Notes: generated by a model from the sequence alone, not told the origin. 64,000 bases of DNA from Vermamoeba vermiformis (GCA_045837725.1 JBEWZL010000184.1:186001-250000); one strand, 5' to 3'; positions 25,709 to 38,900 are shown, counted from the first letter of the stretch. Numbers and translations: made by a program.

Positions 25709-26288
25709 TTAGTCCTTCATGTCCTCTGAATCAGCACCGCGCATGTACAAGACGTTGTTGCATCGAATTAACACTTCACCCAAGTTACCAGCAAACTTTC
25801 CGTCAATAAATTCTTCAGTGTTGGCCAACTATCGATAAATCAGTAAATATGCATATTAATAATAATTGCAATATGGCGATTTATGGCTGCACCGATTCAT
25901 TGCTGAAGCACGATCGAGCCAAAAAAATTAATAAATTTTTGTAATAATTTTAATGAGCCTAGAATACTGCCAATAATTCTAATAATATTATATTAAAATT
26001 ATATACATACCCTCAAGTTCATATAATTATCAGTTGATACTAAAACGCCTTTGTATTCCATTCCCCACTTCAGCTTAACGAGAACGGATTTGCCGCTGAG
26101 TTCTTTCAAAAAGGGCTTAGGGTTAACCAACGTGGCCTATATTAATAATAAATAATTAATATTAATAATATTCGATCGCTTCTGAATAAAGAGCGAATCC
26201 ACAAACTAATATCGTGATCGTCGCTGTTTGATTATTTCATCATATTTCCTAATAATATTAGCGAATATCTAACAATACTTACGGCCAT
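25709..26288 (-). CDS. SNRPF: Small nuclear ribonucleoprotein Sm F; 3 exons
   Basis: [48 protein letters not shown]...[13 protein letters not shown]. Confidence 0.96.
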
Positions 26289-26516
26289 AGTGGTCTTGCT
26301 GCGTTAGTTTGTGGTGAAAGTGCTGTTTTGCTTTTGCTAGCCTTTTTCCGCGCGCAACATGACCGAACATTTTTCAGCTTTGACCCCCTACGAATACTCC
26401 AAACGTATATACTGAACCATACATATTGAAGTAAGTTGTGCAGTGTGAACTAGAAAGAAATAGCGACAAAACTAAGTGCTAGCGGTAATATATTTTACTT
26501 TATGACAGCGATCGCG

Positions 26517-27514
26517 TTAAGGATAATAGGTGGCGACCAATACAGGATGTTGCACAGCGGTCTGAGAGTTCGGTGGAGTGTTGTAGGTGTGCGCCAGTAC
26601 GTAGTATTGATAAGTGCCTGCAGCGGGTACTTGATACACCGCCACAAATGCACAATTCAACGTCCACGTGCCAGCAGGCGAGGTGAAGTTCGGTGAGCCC
26701 AAGTCACAGATGCCGGCATTGTCTGGGGTTGTAGGAGTGGTGCCTGTACGCACTTCGACCCAGTAAGCCGTGTTTGCAGGACTCTGTACCGTTATGCGAG
26801 CAGAAAAGTGCAATACAATCGTGCCATTGGCAGGCACGGCGATAGATTGGCTGACAACAACTTGCCAAGTCGCTGGTGGTCCAAACCCTGCGGACACTGA
26901 GACATCGCTACCAACGACACTAACCATGCGCGGAATTGGCAGGGTAACTTGATTGGTGTCGGAGATAGACAAGGTATTGTCGGTTAATGAAAGTGTTTGA
27001 AGTTCGTTTGTGGATGACGCATCTGGCAGGGTGATTGAATTTCCATTGGCGATTGAAAGCGTCTTTGAATCAGGCGACAAAGACAGATTTTGCAATTCAT
27101 TCGTGGCGCTTGCATCGGGTAATTGCACAGCATTGCCATTTAGAATTGCCAATTCGCCGTTGTTGAGAGTCAAAGTTTGAAGTTCATTAGTAGCGCTGTT
27201 GTCGGGGAGTTGAATTGAATTGCCATTGCTGAGCGATACCTCGCCACTAGCACTGAGAGATAACGATTGCTTGCCATTTTGAATTTCAGAGCAGATGTTG
27301 ATTCCTCCGCACGTCTTGACCTCAGTAGGCGAGTTAATAGTCAAATATTCCACGCCATTATTTTGCACTGAGAATTGACTCGAAGAGCATTGTTGGGCAA
27401 GCACTAGAATTATATATAATGAGCAAAAACCACCGGAGGCGATCAAGTTTGAAGCTTACCTTGCACTGAAGCGCCAATCAGCAATAAATAAATAAGCACG
27501 CTGGTGTTATGCAT
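26517..27514 (-). CDS. Secreted fibre-like protein (paralog of 3202-4393) with NELQ stalk repeats and a beta-rich head
   Basis: MHNTSVLIYLLLIGASVQ|VLAQQC signal peptide with intron ~27459-27405; three LPDxSxTNELQ repeats; beta-strand-rich C-terminal domain ending VATYYP. Confidence 0.75.
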
Positions 27515-27690
27515 CGCAATCATTAACCAAACAATGACATTTATCCGATTTCAAATCGTACACAAGTCAATTCGCCTGTGCATTTTTTCGTTGTTTTCAT
27601 CGGGCTACGTTCAATTCTCCAGTTTGTGCGTAGTTGCACTAATACGCGCAACCAGATTCAAACACATATTGACTAAAGCGCTTCGATTGA

Positions 27691-28070
27691 TCACTTCTTG
27701 CCCGTGTCATTGGCGAGGGGATCTGGTTCGAAAGTGTTCTGGTCAATTAATTCGTCAATTTTGCGCTGTATGTCCTCCAAGATGCGCTCTTCGCCTTGGA
27801 TGAGCACGTGTGTCTCGTCGAGGTCCGTGACTCCAAATTTAAGAGTATTTTGTAATGACAATACGAATTGTTTAATTGGCTCATCACTAAATAATTAAAA
27901 TATTAGGTAATAGCAATAATACTTTAATAAATGGTAATTATAATATTTATTATTAATAATAATCAATAATTAGGCCATTATTAATTAAAAACGAAATACT
28001 AAGAAAAAGTTTGAGACACAATTACTTACCAAGTTACTAATATGCCTCGTGTAGCAGTAATTGTGGACAT
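27691..28070 (-). CDS. GTF2H5: TFIIH subunit TFB5/GTF2H5; 2 exons
   Basis: RGILVTC|DEPIKQFVLSL...DLDETHVLI...IDELIDQNTF. Confidence 0.88.
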
Positions 28071-28202
28071 TATGGTGAATATTGTAGAGAAAAGTTGTTG
28101 AAAAAAAAGAAAATAACCTGCGCGCGGCACGTGACGTTTTAGAGCACCGTTACCGCCAAGTAAAACGGGGGGGGATAACAGGATAATAAAAATTATTTTT
28201 TT

Positions 28203-28234
28203 TTAAAAAAAAAAAAAATTTTTTTTTTTTTTAA
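28203..28234. repeat. Perfect 32-bp palindrome TT-A14-T14-AA flanked by G runs
   Basis: A at 28205-28218, T at 28219-28232; G8 at 28167-28174, G5 at 28235-28239. Confidence 0.8.
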
Positions 28235-28665
28235 GGGGGAGAATCAATCTGTGAACGAAGCGCGAAGAAAGTTCTTGATCGAGTTATAACGCGCAATCCG
28301 TTGTTGATATATAATTTATGAAGCATTGAAGAAGTGCGGCTTATTTTCGTTATTCCTCGTTTTAAATCAGTGAACATTGCGATCTTGCGCATCAAGCTTG
28401 AATCATTCGCCGCACTATCGGCGAGCCGTGGAATAGCACCAACTCCCTAAATTAATGAAAAATTGAATTTGATTAATGAAATTTTCGCCGGTTAAAATTT
28501 GATTCTAATCGCGCGGTTCTAATTGTCGGCATCTAGTTCATTGTTCACCACACACCGAACACTTTATTTATTATTTCGTGCGTACTATATTCACTAGCTG
28601 TATTTGAGCGTGGAATGCAATAGTACTGACGTGGATCAAGCGAAACAAAAACCACAAAATCCGAG

Positions 28666-31600
28666 ATGGAAACCAATACAATCACGGAGCACACCAATAA
28701 TTACGACAGTCAAACCGAAGGTACCAAATATAATTTTGGTTTAATCACTAATTTCTGATTTATTTGACCGTTTATTTGATCGGTTTTTAATAATATTATT
28801 GCAGATTTGACCGACGACAATCTGTTTCCCTATTTAAACTGGGAGACATTCTTCAAGACAGCCGGGTTCAATGATATTCTAGTGAAGCAGTACACTCAGC
28901 TCTTCAAAAAGCATGAAATTGAATACGACATGATCAACGATCTGACCCACGATGTTTTGTTGCAAATGGGGGTTAATAAGGCTGGTCATCGAATTAAAAT
29001 TTTGCGCATGAGATATAAGCACAATTTTGATATTGAAGGTAAGCCACAATGATCAAAATGATCTATTAATTAAATTGCAATTTACGCGATTGCGAGTACA
29101 AACGGTCTTATTTTAGCGATCATATAGCAACATCATGCATCAATTTTTATTCATTTTTAATTATATTGCTGATTGAATTAGATATGCACGCAATTTTGAC
29201 AAATCTGACATGTACTGACTAAGCTGTATTTAGAACCGCTAGATAATGGCGCACAAGACGAATTTGTACAGCGCATGTACGAGTTGTCACATTCTCATCG
29301 CCCACAAGCGCCGTTACAAGCAGGTACGAATTTTGATAAATTTTTATTAGATGTACAGCGATAATTTTTATTGTTGAGGCAATCTTTACTAATATAATAT
29401 GAATCGAGTAGATAGCCCGCGTAAATACGAGTTACCTAATGGCAGACCGGCCTCTGGTTCATGTAAGTTCTGCAGACTTTCGTACTTTGATTTTGTAACG
29501 GATGCGCTCATTGTTACCGCGAATTTGCTCGTGCAAGTGATACCGTAATATTGATTATCTATCTCAGACTTGCCACAATCCCTGCCAGACCTCGCTACAG
29601 CTGCTAAGACAAAGGCCGATTCTCCGTCTTCAACTCCGGTTCAAGGTACGCGCTGGATCTATTTAATTAGCATTGAGAAATACATGCTTGGCGTTAATAG
29701 GCTATTTTTAATATCATGACGCCATGTTGAGCGATGAATAACGAAGTTTAATTTTGAAAAACTGCGGATCTGATCCCGCCCACTCAAATTTATGTAACAA
29801 TATGAATGTAATGTTATTTATATCTTACATTAGGTTCGCCGGCAGTCAAAAAAGTGAATGCTAAACTCGCTCCTACCACTCAAACTAAGCAAGCTTTGAG
29901 ATCTAGCGAAGATACAGGACGCAGATCCACCATTGCTTTGCCTGTTAATCCTCTTACTGGTACGTTTTGACATTGCCATACTAGTCTATATTCATATTTT
30001 CGAGCAAGCGAATCGAATCCTAAATTTCTAAGATTTCAGTACGAAATTTAAAAATTGATATCCTAGCATTACAAATCCGAATATAATTGAATATTAATAT
30101 ATATTGTTGGAAGCAGGTAGCGCCAGTTCACCATCAGTTCCTCATGCGGGCATTAAATACTACCTCAACGACGAAGTAATCAAGCACAAGTTGCCAGCGG
30201 AGACCAATTCAGTGCAATCGTTCTCGCAAGCAGTGAATCAGAAGCATGGACTGCACGAATTCGCTGTATTCGCCGTGGACAGCGAGAACAAGTTGAAGGT
30301 AGTCAAAGCAGATCAGGCCTTGAACGAGGAGGATGTGTATTACGTGATTGAGAACAACCGTCTCGATGCTATTTCAAAGCGCATCGAAAAGAAGGTTAAA
30401 AAGGGTACGTAGTTATATTAGCATTATACTTTAAGGTTGCGCTCGTTGGTGGATCGAAACTAAAAATCAGATCTTTAGAGCAAAATTAGCTAGACCCTTA
30501 ATTAACGTAATATTATTATACAGATGTTGAAATGACCTTAGCTAGCAAAGGAGGCCGCCTAGTATATAATTCAGACAATAATCCACTCAAAGTTGATTTC
30601 ATTCCTGACTCGGATCTGTACATGAATCAAATGGGCCGTATTGGCATGTGCATGGCTCCTGGAAGGTACGTTAATACTGAAGGGTAGTGAGTGCCTATGT
30701 TAACAATAACGGTTTATAGAAAGAAGAAAAAGAAGGCTCACGATTGGGACCGAGATCTGGCCAAGGACTTGGATCGCATCCGCACCACTTACGGCGCAGA
30801 TGTGTTTGTCTCGTTGATCCGACACTCAGAGCTGCACGAACTTCAAATTCAGAACTTATTTGACGAGGTTGAAGCTCGTAAAATGGAGTCGATTCACTTC
30901 CCGATCAAAGACAAGTGGATCCCGAACTCGATGGAAGGGCTCATCTACTTGGTCGATGCGATCATTCAGCGCCTTAAAGAGGGCAAAGCAGTCGTTGTGC
31001 ATTGCAACGGTGGCAAGGGTCGAACAGGAACAGGTGCGTGCTGACTACTCGTGCTCATTATAGTCTCATTACTGATTATGGCAATGCAGTGGTGGTCGCT
31101 ACATTGGTCGGTCTCGGCAAGAAAGTGCACCACGCCATTGATGTCGTGCGCAAGTCACGTCCTGGCACTATTCGCAATCCGATGCAGATCATGTACGTCA
31201 AGCGATTCAAATCAGCTTGGCGCGCCTACAAGAAGAAACAAGCGCGCATCAACATGGGCCTGCCTGTGGTACGTGACACCGCTAATATATTGCACGAGCA
31301 GCGACTGATTCATTCCTATTAGGACGGCTATATTGATGATGAATTGTCATCGTCTTCATCGAGCTCAATTGACTTGACTGATGTTGACGCTGAATTTAAA
31401 GTATATCAAGTAAGATAGCGGGACATTAGTACGGTTTTCTAACGTATTGTCATATATTCTCAGAACACATTAGACGCTGCTAATAACAACGGCGTAAGTC
31501 CTACCGTTAAAGTTGACGATGCTGGATCCAGCGACGACGAAGAGAAGTTGAGGAAAATTCAGTTGAAAGCAGCCAATGCCCATATGGGCAATCAACGCAT

Positions 31601-32111
31601 CGAGAAGCTTAAGAAGGACAAGGACCGCAAGAAGTTGACTGACTCGTCTTCGAAAAAAGACGGCAAAGATAAGAACTCGTTCGCGGAGGACAAGAAGAGC
31701 GACAAAGAAGATTCCATGTCCAAAGAAGCTGCAAAGACTGCAAAGAAAGAAGAAAAAGAAAAACTCAAGCGCGAAGCTAAAGAGGCCAAAGAAGAGCGCA
31801 AAAAAGAGAAAAAACGACGCAGCGACGAGCGCAAGGATAAAGACGGGTCGAGTGACAGCGCCGCGGCCAGAACAAACTCGCGCATTCAGGTCTATTCTAA
31901 GGACGGCGCTGCCAATACGAAGAGCGACACAGTGACCAGTCCTCGCGCGGAGAGTTCGAACAACATCACGGCCAATGTCACGCTCCAAGCGACTTCGGGC
32001 ACGACGAGCGACAAAAAGGAGAGTCCCAAGGGCACTGACGCAGCGTCGAATGGCGTGTTGGTGGCACCTGTCAACTTGTCATCACCGAGTGACACGAATG
32101 GAGCGGTGTGA
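28666..32111 (+). CDS. SAM domain + CDKN3-like dual-specificity phosphatase + Lys/Glu-rich tail; multi-exon
   Basis: SAM (YTQLFKKHEI...LLQMGVNKAGHRIKIL); GRIGMCMAPG...WDRDL..DL, HFPIKD, CX5R signature HCNGGKGRTG, RPGTIRNPMQ. Confidence 0.85.
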
Positions 32112-32488
32112 GTGGCTGGTGGCACGTGAAAGATTTGCCTAATTTAGTAAGTGAATCAAAACTTGAATTTTTACTTTGACTTGTATTATAATAAATTAAA
32201 TGGATTGGCATCGTAATCCATTAATAATGAACAATAATCAACTTCATCGCAATCCAGCGAGAGTTAATAACGGTTTGCGTGATCTGCAGATGCGGATCAT
32301 TTTTATTAAATATCCAGAGCGCTTATAAATATGCCACGCACAGTTTTTGTTTACGTAAGAGAACGTCTAATGCGAAGCAGCCTAAAGACATTTGACGGTC
32401 AATTTGCAGGCGGGTTTGGCAAAAAAAGTTGTTCGTCGTTCTAGTTTCTTAATACCGCCTCACTGGCAGCACCACAGGCGACATAGAC

Positions 32489-33025
32489 ATGCTTCACCTT
32501 GACTCTGCCAAGCAAAGTTCAACAACGCAAATGGATGTCAAGAAACCGACGCTAAATTATCTTCCAGACTATGTTGAACGAGAACTTTTCAAATTTGCAC
32601 TCACCGATACAATGACCATATTTGAATCACACCGTATTACTCCAAAATATCGCTCTCTTGGCGAATTGGTCGAATGGTACAGGAAAATACCCAAAGAAAA
32701 ATACAAATCCGACGAAGAACTTTTCAATTGGGCAGTGCAACATTCAATTCAATCACCCTCGCTTGAAATATTACAGACATGCCTAAATGTAGAGATTTTT
32801 GAAGCACCTTCACATGAGCAATACCGACGAGAAGTGATCGAGATGGGAAAACGACCTTGCACAATGCAAGAGCTTGGAAACCACCTCCTTCAACACCTTG
32901 CGGCACGCAGAAAAGCATACCAAGAGCCTGAATTTCCAGGACTGAGTCGTCAAGACATACTCGAGTGCCGCACATTTCTGGCTTGCTTAATAAGGCACCC
33001 TCTGCCAAATGTAAATAGTCCTTAA
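32489..33025 (+). pseudogene. Orphan tandem family copy 1 (truncated, possible pseudogene)
   Basis: Homologous to copies 2/3 but IRYMREVGEI is replaced by one codon, and a 23-nt insertion introduces a stop after NSP. Confidence 0.55.
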
Positions 33026-33281
33026 TAGGTTATTTTTTTGTTTTTTATGCGAGGGATCTGGAATTTCAACAAAGGGCCTGAAGAAGGGTTCAGCGCCTAA
33101 TTTGCAAAAGGCTAGCTATAGATAGAACATGTACATTATTAGTGTAATAGATACATTACTAGTAAACCTACCACAAAGCTGAATCAGTTCCGTACGTGAC
33201 ATCCACCGTGCAAAGTACTTCGTTCATTTTGTTGTTCCAAGTTGTGGTTTCGACTAACAAAGTACTAACAATAGCAATACA

Positions 33282-34022
33282 ATGAAATTTGATGGTCGTT
33301 TGCGGAATTTACAAAAAAAGTTGTTCATTGTTCAATTATTTTATACGCCTCACTTGCAGCACCGCAACAAAGACGTGTTTCAAATTGATTCAAATATTAC
33401 TAAGCAAAGTTCGATAACGGATATGGATTCAGAGAAAGCTAAGACGAGATATTATCAAAATCTTCCCTTTGTGGAACGAGAACTTTTCAGATTTGCACTC
33501 ACCGATAAAATGACCATATTTGAATCACACCTTATTAATCCGCAGCATCGGTCTCTTGACGAAATGGTTGAATGGTACAGGAAAATACCCAAAGAAAAAT
33601 ACAAATCCGCCGAAGAACTGTTCAACTGGGCACTGCAACGTTCAATTCAATCACCTTCACTTGATAAATTACAGACATGTCTCAATGTGGAGATCTTGGA
33701 GGCCCCTTCATTTGAGCAATACCGACGAGAAGTGATCGAGATGGGAAAACGACCTTGCACAAGACAGGAGCTTGCAGAGCACCTCTTTCGACACATCGAA
33801 GCGTGTAACAAAGCAAACCAAGAGCTTGAATTTCCAGGACTTACTCTTCAAGACATAGACGAGTGTCGCATTTTTCTGATTCGCTACATGCGCGAAGTGG
33901 GCGAGATCTGCTTAATAAGGCACCCTCTGCCAAATGTAAATAGTCCTTATGCGAGGGACTACATTGTAGAAGGTCGTGTGAACACTACATCTGCCGTGGA
34001 GTCTATCGCGACACCCAAATAA
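33282..34022 (+). CDS. Orphan tandem family copy 2, intronless (start may be ATG 33423)
   Basis: Shared core ERELF.FALTD...VEWYRKIPKEKYKS.EELF.WA...QYRR..IEMGKRPCT.QEL...EFPGL..QDI.ECR..CLIRHP. Confidence 0.65.
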   Translation: MKFDGRLRNLQKKLFIVQLFYTPHLQHRNKDVFQIDSNITKQSSITDMDSEKAKTRYYQNLPFVERELFRFALTDKMTIFESHLINPQHRSLDEMVEWYRKIPKEKYKSAEELFNWALQRSIQSPSLDKLQTCLNVEILEAPSFEQYRREVIEMGKRPCTRQELAEHLFRHIEACNKANQELEFPGLTLQDIDECRIFLIRYMREVGEICLIRHPLPNVNSPYARDYIVEGRVNTTSAVESIATPK

Positions 34023-34263
34023 CTTGAGGAAGTCCAAGTCAAGTCTGCGGAGACAATACGATAGAACTTGTACATTATTGATATAAATAATTATAAATAT
34101 AAATAGTTAACATACGACGCAAATTGTTCCGACTAACAAAATACTAACAATAGCAACGCAATAAATTTTGACGGTCAAATTTGCAGGTGGGCTACGCAAA
34201 AAAGTTGTTCATCGTTCATGTTTCTTAATACCGCCTCACTTGCAGCACCACAAGCAACAAAGA

Positions 34264-34884
34264 ATGTTTCAAATTGATTCTGATCTTGCCAAGCAAAGGC
34301 CATTCGCGGAAGCTCAGACAATAAATTATCAAGTTCCAGAGTACGAGGAACGAGAACTTTACAGATTTGCACTCACCGACACAACGACGCTACTTCAATC
34401 ATTCTGTATTTCTCCGAAATATGGCTCTCTTCACAAAGTGGTCGAATGGTACAGGAAAATACCAAAAGAAAAATACAAATCCGCCGAAGAACTTTTCGAC
34501 TGGGCAATGCAACGTTCAATTCAATCACCCTCGCTTGATATGCTACAGAAATTTATCAACGTGGAGATCTTTGAAGCACCTTCGCATGAGCAATACCGAC
34601 GAAAATTGATCGAGATGGGAAAACGACCTTGCACAATGCAGGAGCTTGGAAACCACCTCTTTCGACACCTTGAAGCATGCAACAAAGCATACCAAGAGCC
34701 TGAATTTCCAGGACTGAGTCTTCAAGACATTCTCGAGTGTCGCAAATTTCTGATTCGCTACATGCGCGAAGTGGGCGAGATCTGCTTAATAAGGCATCCG
34801 ATGTTCCTAAATAGTCTTTATGCGAAAGACTACATTGTGGATGACCATGCGAACGTTACATCTGCAGCGCACAACTCCAGCTAA
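34264..34884 (+). CDS. Orphan tandem family copy 3, intronless
   Basis: Same conserved core as copies 1/2; first in-frame ATG at 34264. Confidence 0.65.
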   Translation: MFQIDSDLAKQRPFAEAQTINYQVPEYEERELYRFALTDTTTLLQSFCISPKYGSLHKVVEWYRKIPKEKYKSAEELFDWAMQRSIQSPSLDMLQKFINVEIFEAPSHEQYRRKLIEMGKRPCTMQELGNHLFRHLEACNKAYQEPEFPGLSLQDILECRKFLIRYMREVGEICLIRHPMFLNSLYAKDYIVDDHANVTSAAHNSS

Positions 34885-34975
34885 TCTTGCCGAAGAGTCC
34901 AATGAACCTCATCTGAATGTTTAAGAATGTTCTCAAGCATATTGTACATATAGTCCTAATATATTGTATGTTTAT

Positions 34976-35758
34976 TTACAAATTGAGTTCGTTCTTGGAC
35001 GCGTTGCTGAACAGATCGCGCATTCGATCCATCAAGCCGATCAACGAGCCGGCGACCTTGGACTCTCTGAGCACTTCAGGGACGTCAGGATGAGGATGCG
35101 TAGGTACCAATCGTCTCGATACTTCCATTCTGCTCGCCATATCTTCCAGCTGCTTGACAGTAAGCTTGGCGCGGAGTTGAGGGAATTGTTCCTCTTCTTC
35201 CTCGCGGATGTGGTGCTGATGGAAATCAAATCGCGATTAACGTGACGTTTAAAACATAGTAATTGCATTTTTACTTACAGTGTACTTCTTATAAGCGAAC
35301 TCTACGGTCTCAGCCCAATTCGGGTCAGATGGTTCCAACTTTTCAAGTTCTCGCATTCTAAATAAGTCAGAAATCGATTTAATAGGCGCTATAACCACTT
35401 CACTTACGCGTTATCGAGTTGAAGGTGCTCGCGCAAGACGTGTTGCTTCTCATCAGATCCATGATCCAAAAGAGAAGGATAGTAAGGGTACACATCCTAC
35501 CAATATGAATTATAAATATCAAATTTAGTAATATTATGTATAATACATACGACTTCTTCAGTCATTGAGTGAATCGCAAGCATGCGAATTAATTGCGAGG
35601 CGTATTCAGTTCTCTTCAATGGATCTTCAGTGCCACGAAGTCTAAATAAAGTTAATTATTATATTGATGTATTACTTTATTAGTGCTTACTTGTTAAAGG
35701 TATGATCAATGGCACGGTGGTCCTGGACCAAAATTTCAATCGGATCTTTTCCAGACAT
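34976..35758 (-). CDS. Hemerythrin/HHE cation-binding domain protein; 5 exons
   Basis: DPIEILVQDHR...LAIHSMTEE..VYP...EH...HHIREEEEEQFPQL...PTHPHP...DRMRD. Confidence 0.85.
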
Positions 35759-35998
35759 TCTGTTGAGTTGTTGTTTTTTAAGTTGTAATTTGCAACAATA
35801 ATGAATAATGACTGCTTTTATATCTGCAGGTGGTGCAGGATATCGCCAGGAGTCGCGCCATGATTGAAAATAGGAATAAAACCGCTTGAAATTTGGTTGA
35901 AAAGTGGTGGCAAATAAAAATGAACGGATCTGGCGTTTAAAATATCTCCGTAGTTAAAGATTGATTAAATCTTACTTTGTTTTCGAGGTATTTACATG

Positions 35999-38900
35999 TT
36001 AAGCAAGCGTATTGTTCAGTTGCACGAGAGCTTTGCTGCATCTGATCAGACATTCTCGCCACGACATGACCACGTCATGATCATCGCGCAGATTTCTGTC
36101 AATAACTTGTTGATTGACTTTGGCTTCGAGGTACTGTGGCAGAAGTCTAAGGCCCAATTCTGGTGTGTGGTAGTGCGGATCTATCTCCTCGCCCATGTCC
36201 ACGAACATCAACACGGCTGCGTGCAAGTACAAATGGCCTTCAATCAGCTGAATGACAAGGGCTTGGGCTGAGAGTGCGGCGTCGTGCGGATTGTGTTTGA
36301 CGTCTTCAATGACACGCGTCAAATCTTTGAGTGCCTGTTCGTCGCGCCACAGCTCGCCATCAGTTTTAGCACGCTTCATCTTGGCCACATCCCCGGCCAC
36401 AATAGCTGACACGACTAATCGAGCACGTGTCCAGAGCTCCGATTTTGATGCAATTTGTGCCACTAAGCCTCGTCGCAGAGCCAAGGCAATGACGCGTGCG
36501 TGAGCTACTGCACCAATGTGCGTGAGTGCTGTTTGAGCTTCGAGACCAGTGCTCAGAATAGCTGTGGCAAGTGAGGGTTTGTGTCGGCCAATGAACTCAG
36601 TGAGGGCATCCTTCTTGATGTACTTGTCGATCTTGTCGCGCCACACAGCGTCCACAATCTTCTCGTGCATAAATGTCTTTGCAATGAGTGGCTCAAGTGC
36701 TGCTAGCCACATTGCACTCAACTCGTCAGCAGCGCTCTCGTTGTTGTCTGGCGCTTGACTCCACAACAGCACGAGCGACAACAATTGCTCGATTTGTTGC
36801 GTGAACTGCTTGTCATCGTTGTGATTTAGTGACTGCACGAGTTCGTTGAACAACTCGCGCTTGGCTTGAATTGTCTCAAGTTTCTCAGGCTTGATCTCCT
36901 TGCCAAACACCGTGCCTACGATGAACTCCGAAGACAAAGTTTCAGCCGTGGACATGTCTCGATTGAACAGGGCCTTGTCTTCTTTGCTGTTACCGTAGAG
37001 ACTCGCATGGTTCTTCAACAGCTTGAGCACCAAGATCTTCGCATTGACGTTGACATCGGCACTTTCATTCAACACCACTCGGTCTCGAATGAATTTGAGC
37101 ACTTCAACTCGATGTTCGTCTTCGACAGGTGGTTCTTCTTCGCTGTTAGCCGGCGCTTTCAAAGCCGCATCGATAGCGGTAAGGATCTTCTCGAGATAAA
37201 ATACAGCCCAGTCCAAATCCTGTTCGGTGATTGGCCAATGGCCGTGGTGTCCCTGCTGCTTCTTGTTCAAATACGAGTCAAGGTCTAGCGAGACTGTAGC
37301 GTCCTTGGGGAGACTGTGCACGTGTTAAATAAGTCATTGAGACCGCGGCAAATGCATACCTTAGCAAGGGCTTGAGACACCTGTCAATTGACACGCGCAA
37401 CAACACGTGCAAATCCAGCACGAGCTGTGACATGTCAACGTCAGCACCGCCTTTGCTCTTCTTCGGGAAGTCATTCCATTCTTGTTCTTGTTGCAACAAG
37501 ACCACGAGTTGATGTACGACACGCAAGTTGATGCCATTGGAGATCATTTCAAGCAAAGTTTCATTCAACTAAACAAAAGCTATTAGTTCAAAGTTGCCAG
37601 GCAATTGTTGACTTACCTTTGTGTAGCTATTGAATGCCTTCCATATCGAGTTAATGTAGTAGGTTACATCTACACCATTGAGCAAGCTCACAAACTCGCC
37701 GTTCAACAGTGAAGTAGCACTTTGCACAGTCAACAAGTGGTCGTGGATGCGTTCAAAATGTGCCGCTAGCGAGCCATAAGACAACGTGCCAGGGTCCGCA
37801 TGCTTCTTTCTGTTACGTCCCTTGCCTTTACTCGGCGTGTTTGGCTCGCTCTTGTCTTCTCGTTGAGTGACGTATTGAATGGCGTCACCGATGATCAACA
37901 GCTTGATGTCGAGTGGCATATTCACCGCTAAGTCATTGATCGTTGCGTCTTCAATGACTTTTTTCAGGTCAGCGAGGTCAAGTCTCTCAAAGTACTTGGT
38001 AGCCGCAGCAGATCTGGATGCGAATTAACATTGAATAATTATGGCAACTAAATGAACTGGTACCTCTTTTGCAAGTCCTCGTGCGACAAGTTCTTCTTGA
38101 AGATGAGTGAGTGGATTAATGTCTTGAACATCCAGCTCAGTGACAGTGTCATCGGTGGATTGAACAAATCGTTGATACTAACAAGGCATTATTAGTATGT
38201 TCATTATCTACGGTCAATAGTACTACTACTTACTTTTGCAGCACTTTGGCAATCAAAAACACGTTTTGTTCAGTGATGACACGTGTCAATGTCTCAGCGG
38301 CGCTCTCGGGACTCTGTTGCAAGGCCTTGAAGTCAGGCTTGGGAATGATCTTGGTCCACTTGCCGAGCAGTTCCATCATCTTGTCCAAGTGTGAGATCTC
38401 TTGGTCATTCTAAGCAAAGTATTAGATCTATTCTATTCGAACCAATAAGGAGCTTACGTTTGCCTTGTTCTTCGTCTTCAAGGCCAATTGGGTCTCGCGC
38501 ATCAAGAAATACAAGTACGTCAAGGAGTTAGCATTAGTGCCATTGACCTTGGTCTCAATAGCTTTTAAGTCTTCCAACAACCGTGCTGGCTGTTCTAAGA
38601 CAGCGTGCTCGTATTCTTTCATGTGGTATTGAAGGGTCTCAAACTCTTTTGCGTGTTCGAGTAGCCATGACAAATGCTCGATTATAATCTGTGAAAGCAT
38701 TAGAAATAAGCGCTAGTCAGTATTAATGGAGGAACGTACCTGATAAGGCTCGGGCTGATGGTATCTCGTGGCCAAACTGACAGCAGTGCGGAACTGGTCC
38801 AAGCTCTCGGAGTGAGTCATTTGATGAATCATCTCTTTGCGATAAGTCTCGTCCATGCCAAATTTAGTCACATCAATGTCCACTGACAGACTCTTTAACT

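Noticed and set aside
29730-29780. C/D-box-like GATGA...CTGA in a phosphatase intron
   Set aside because: Imperfect C box, too short, no recognisable rRNA guide
32390-34884. Tandem units as LTRs, transposons or a CRISPR-like array
   Set aside because: Units are diverged protein-coding duplicates with no terminal repeats, transposase/RT motifs or repeat-spacer structure
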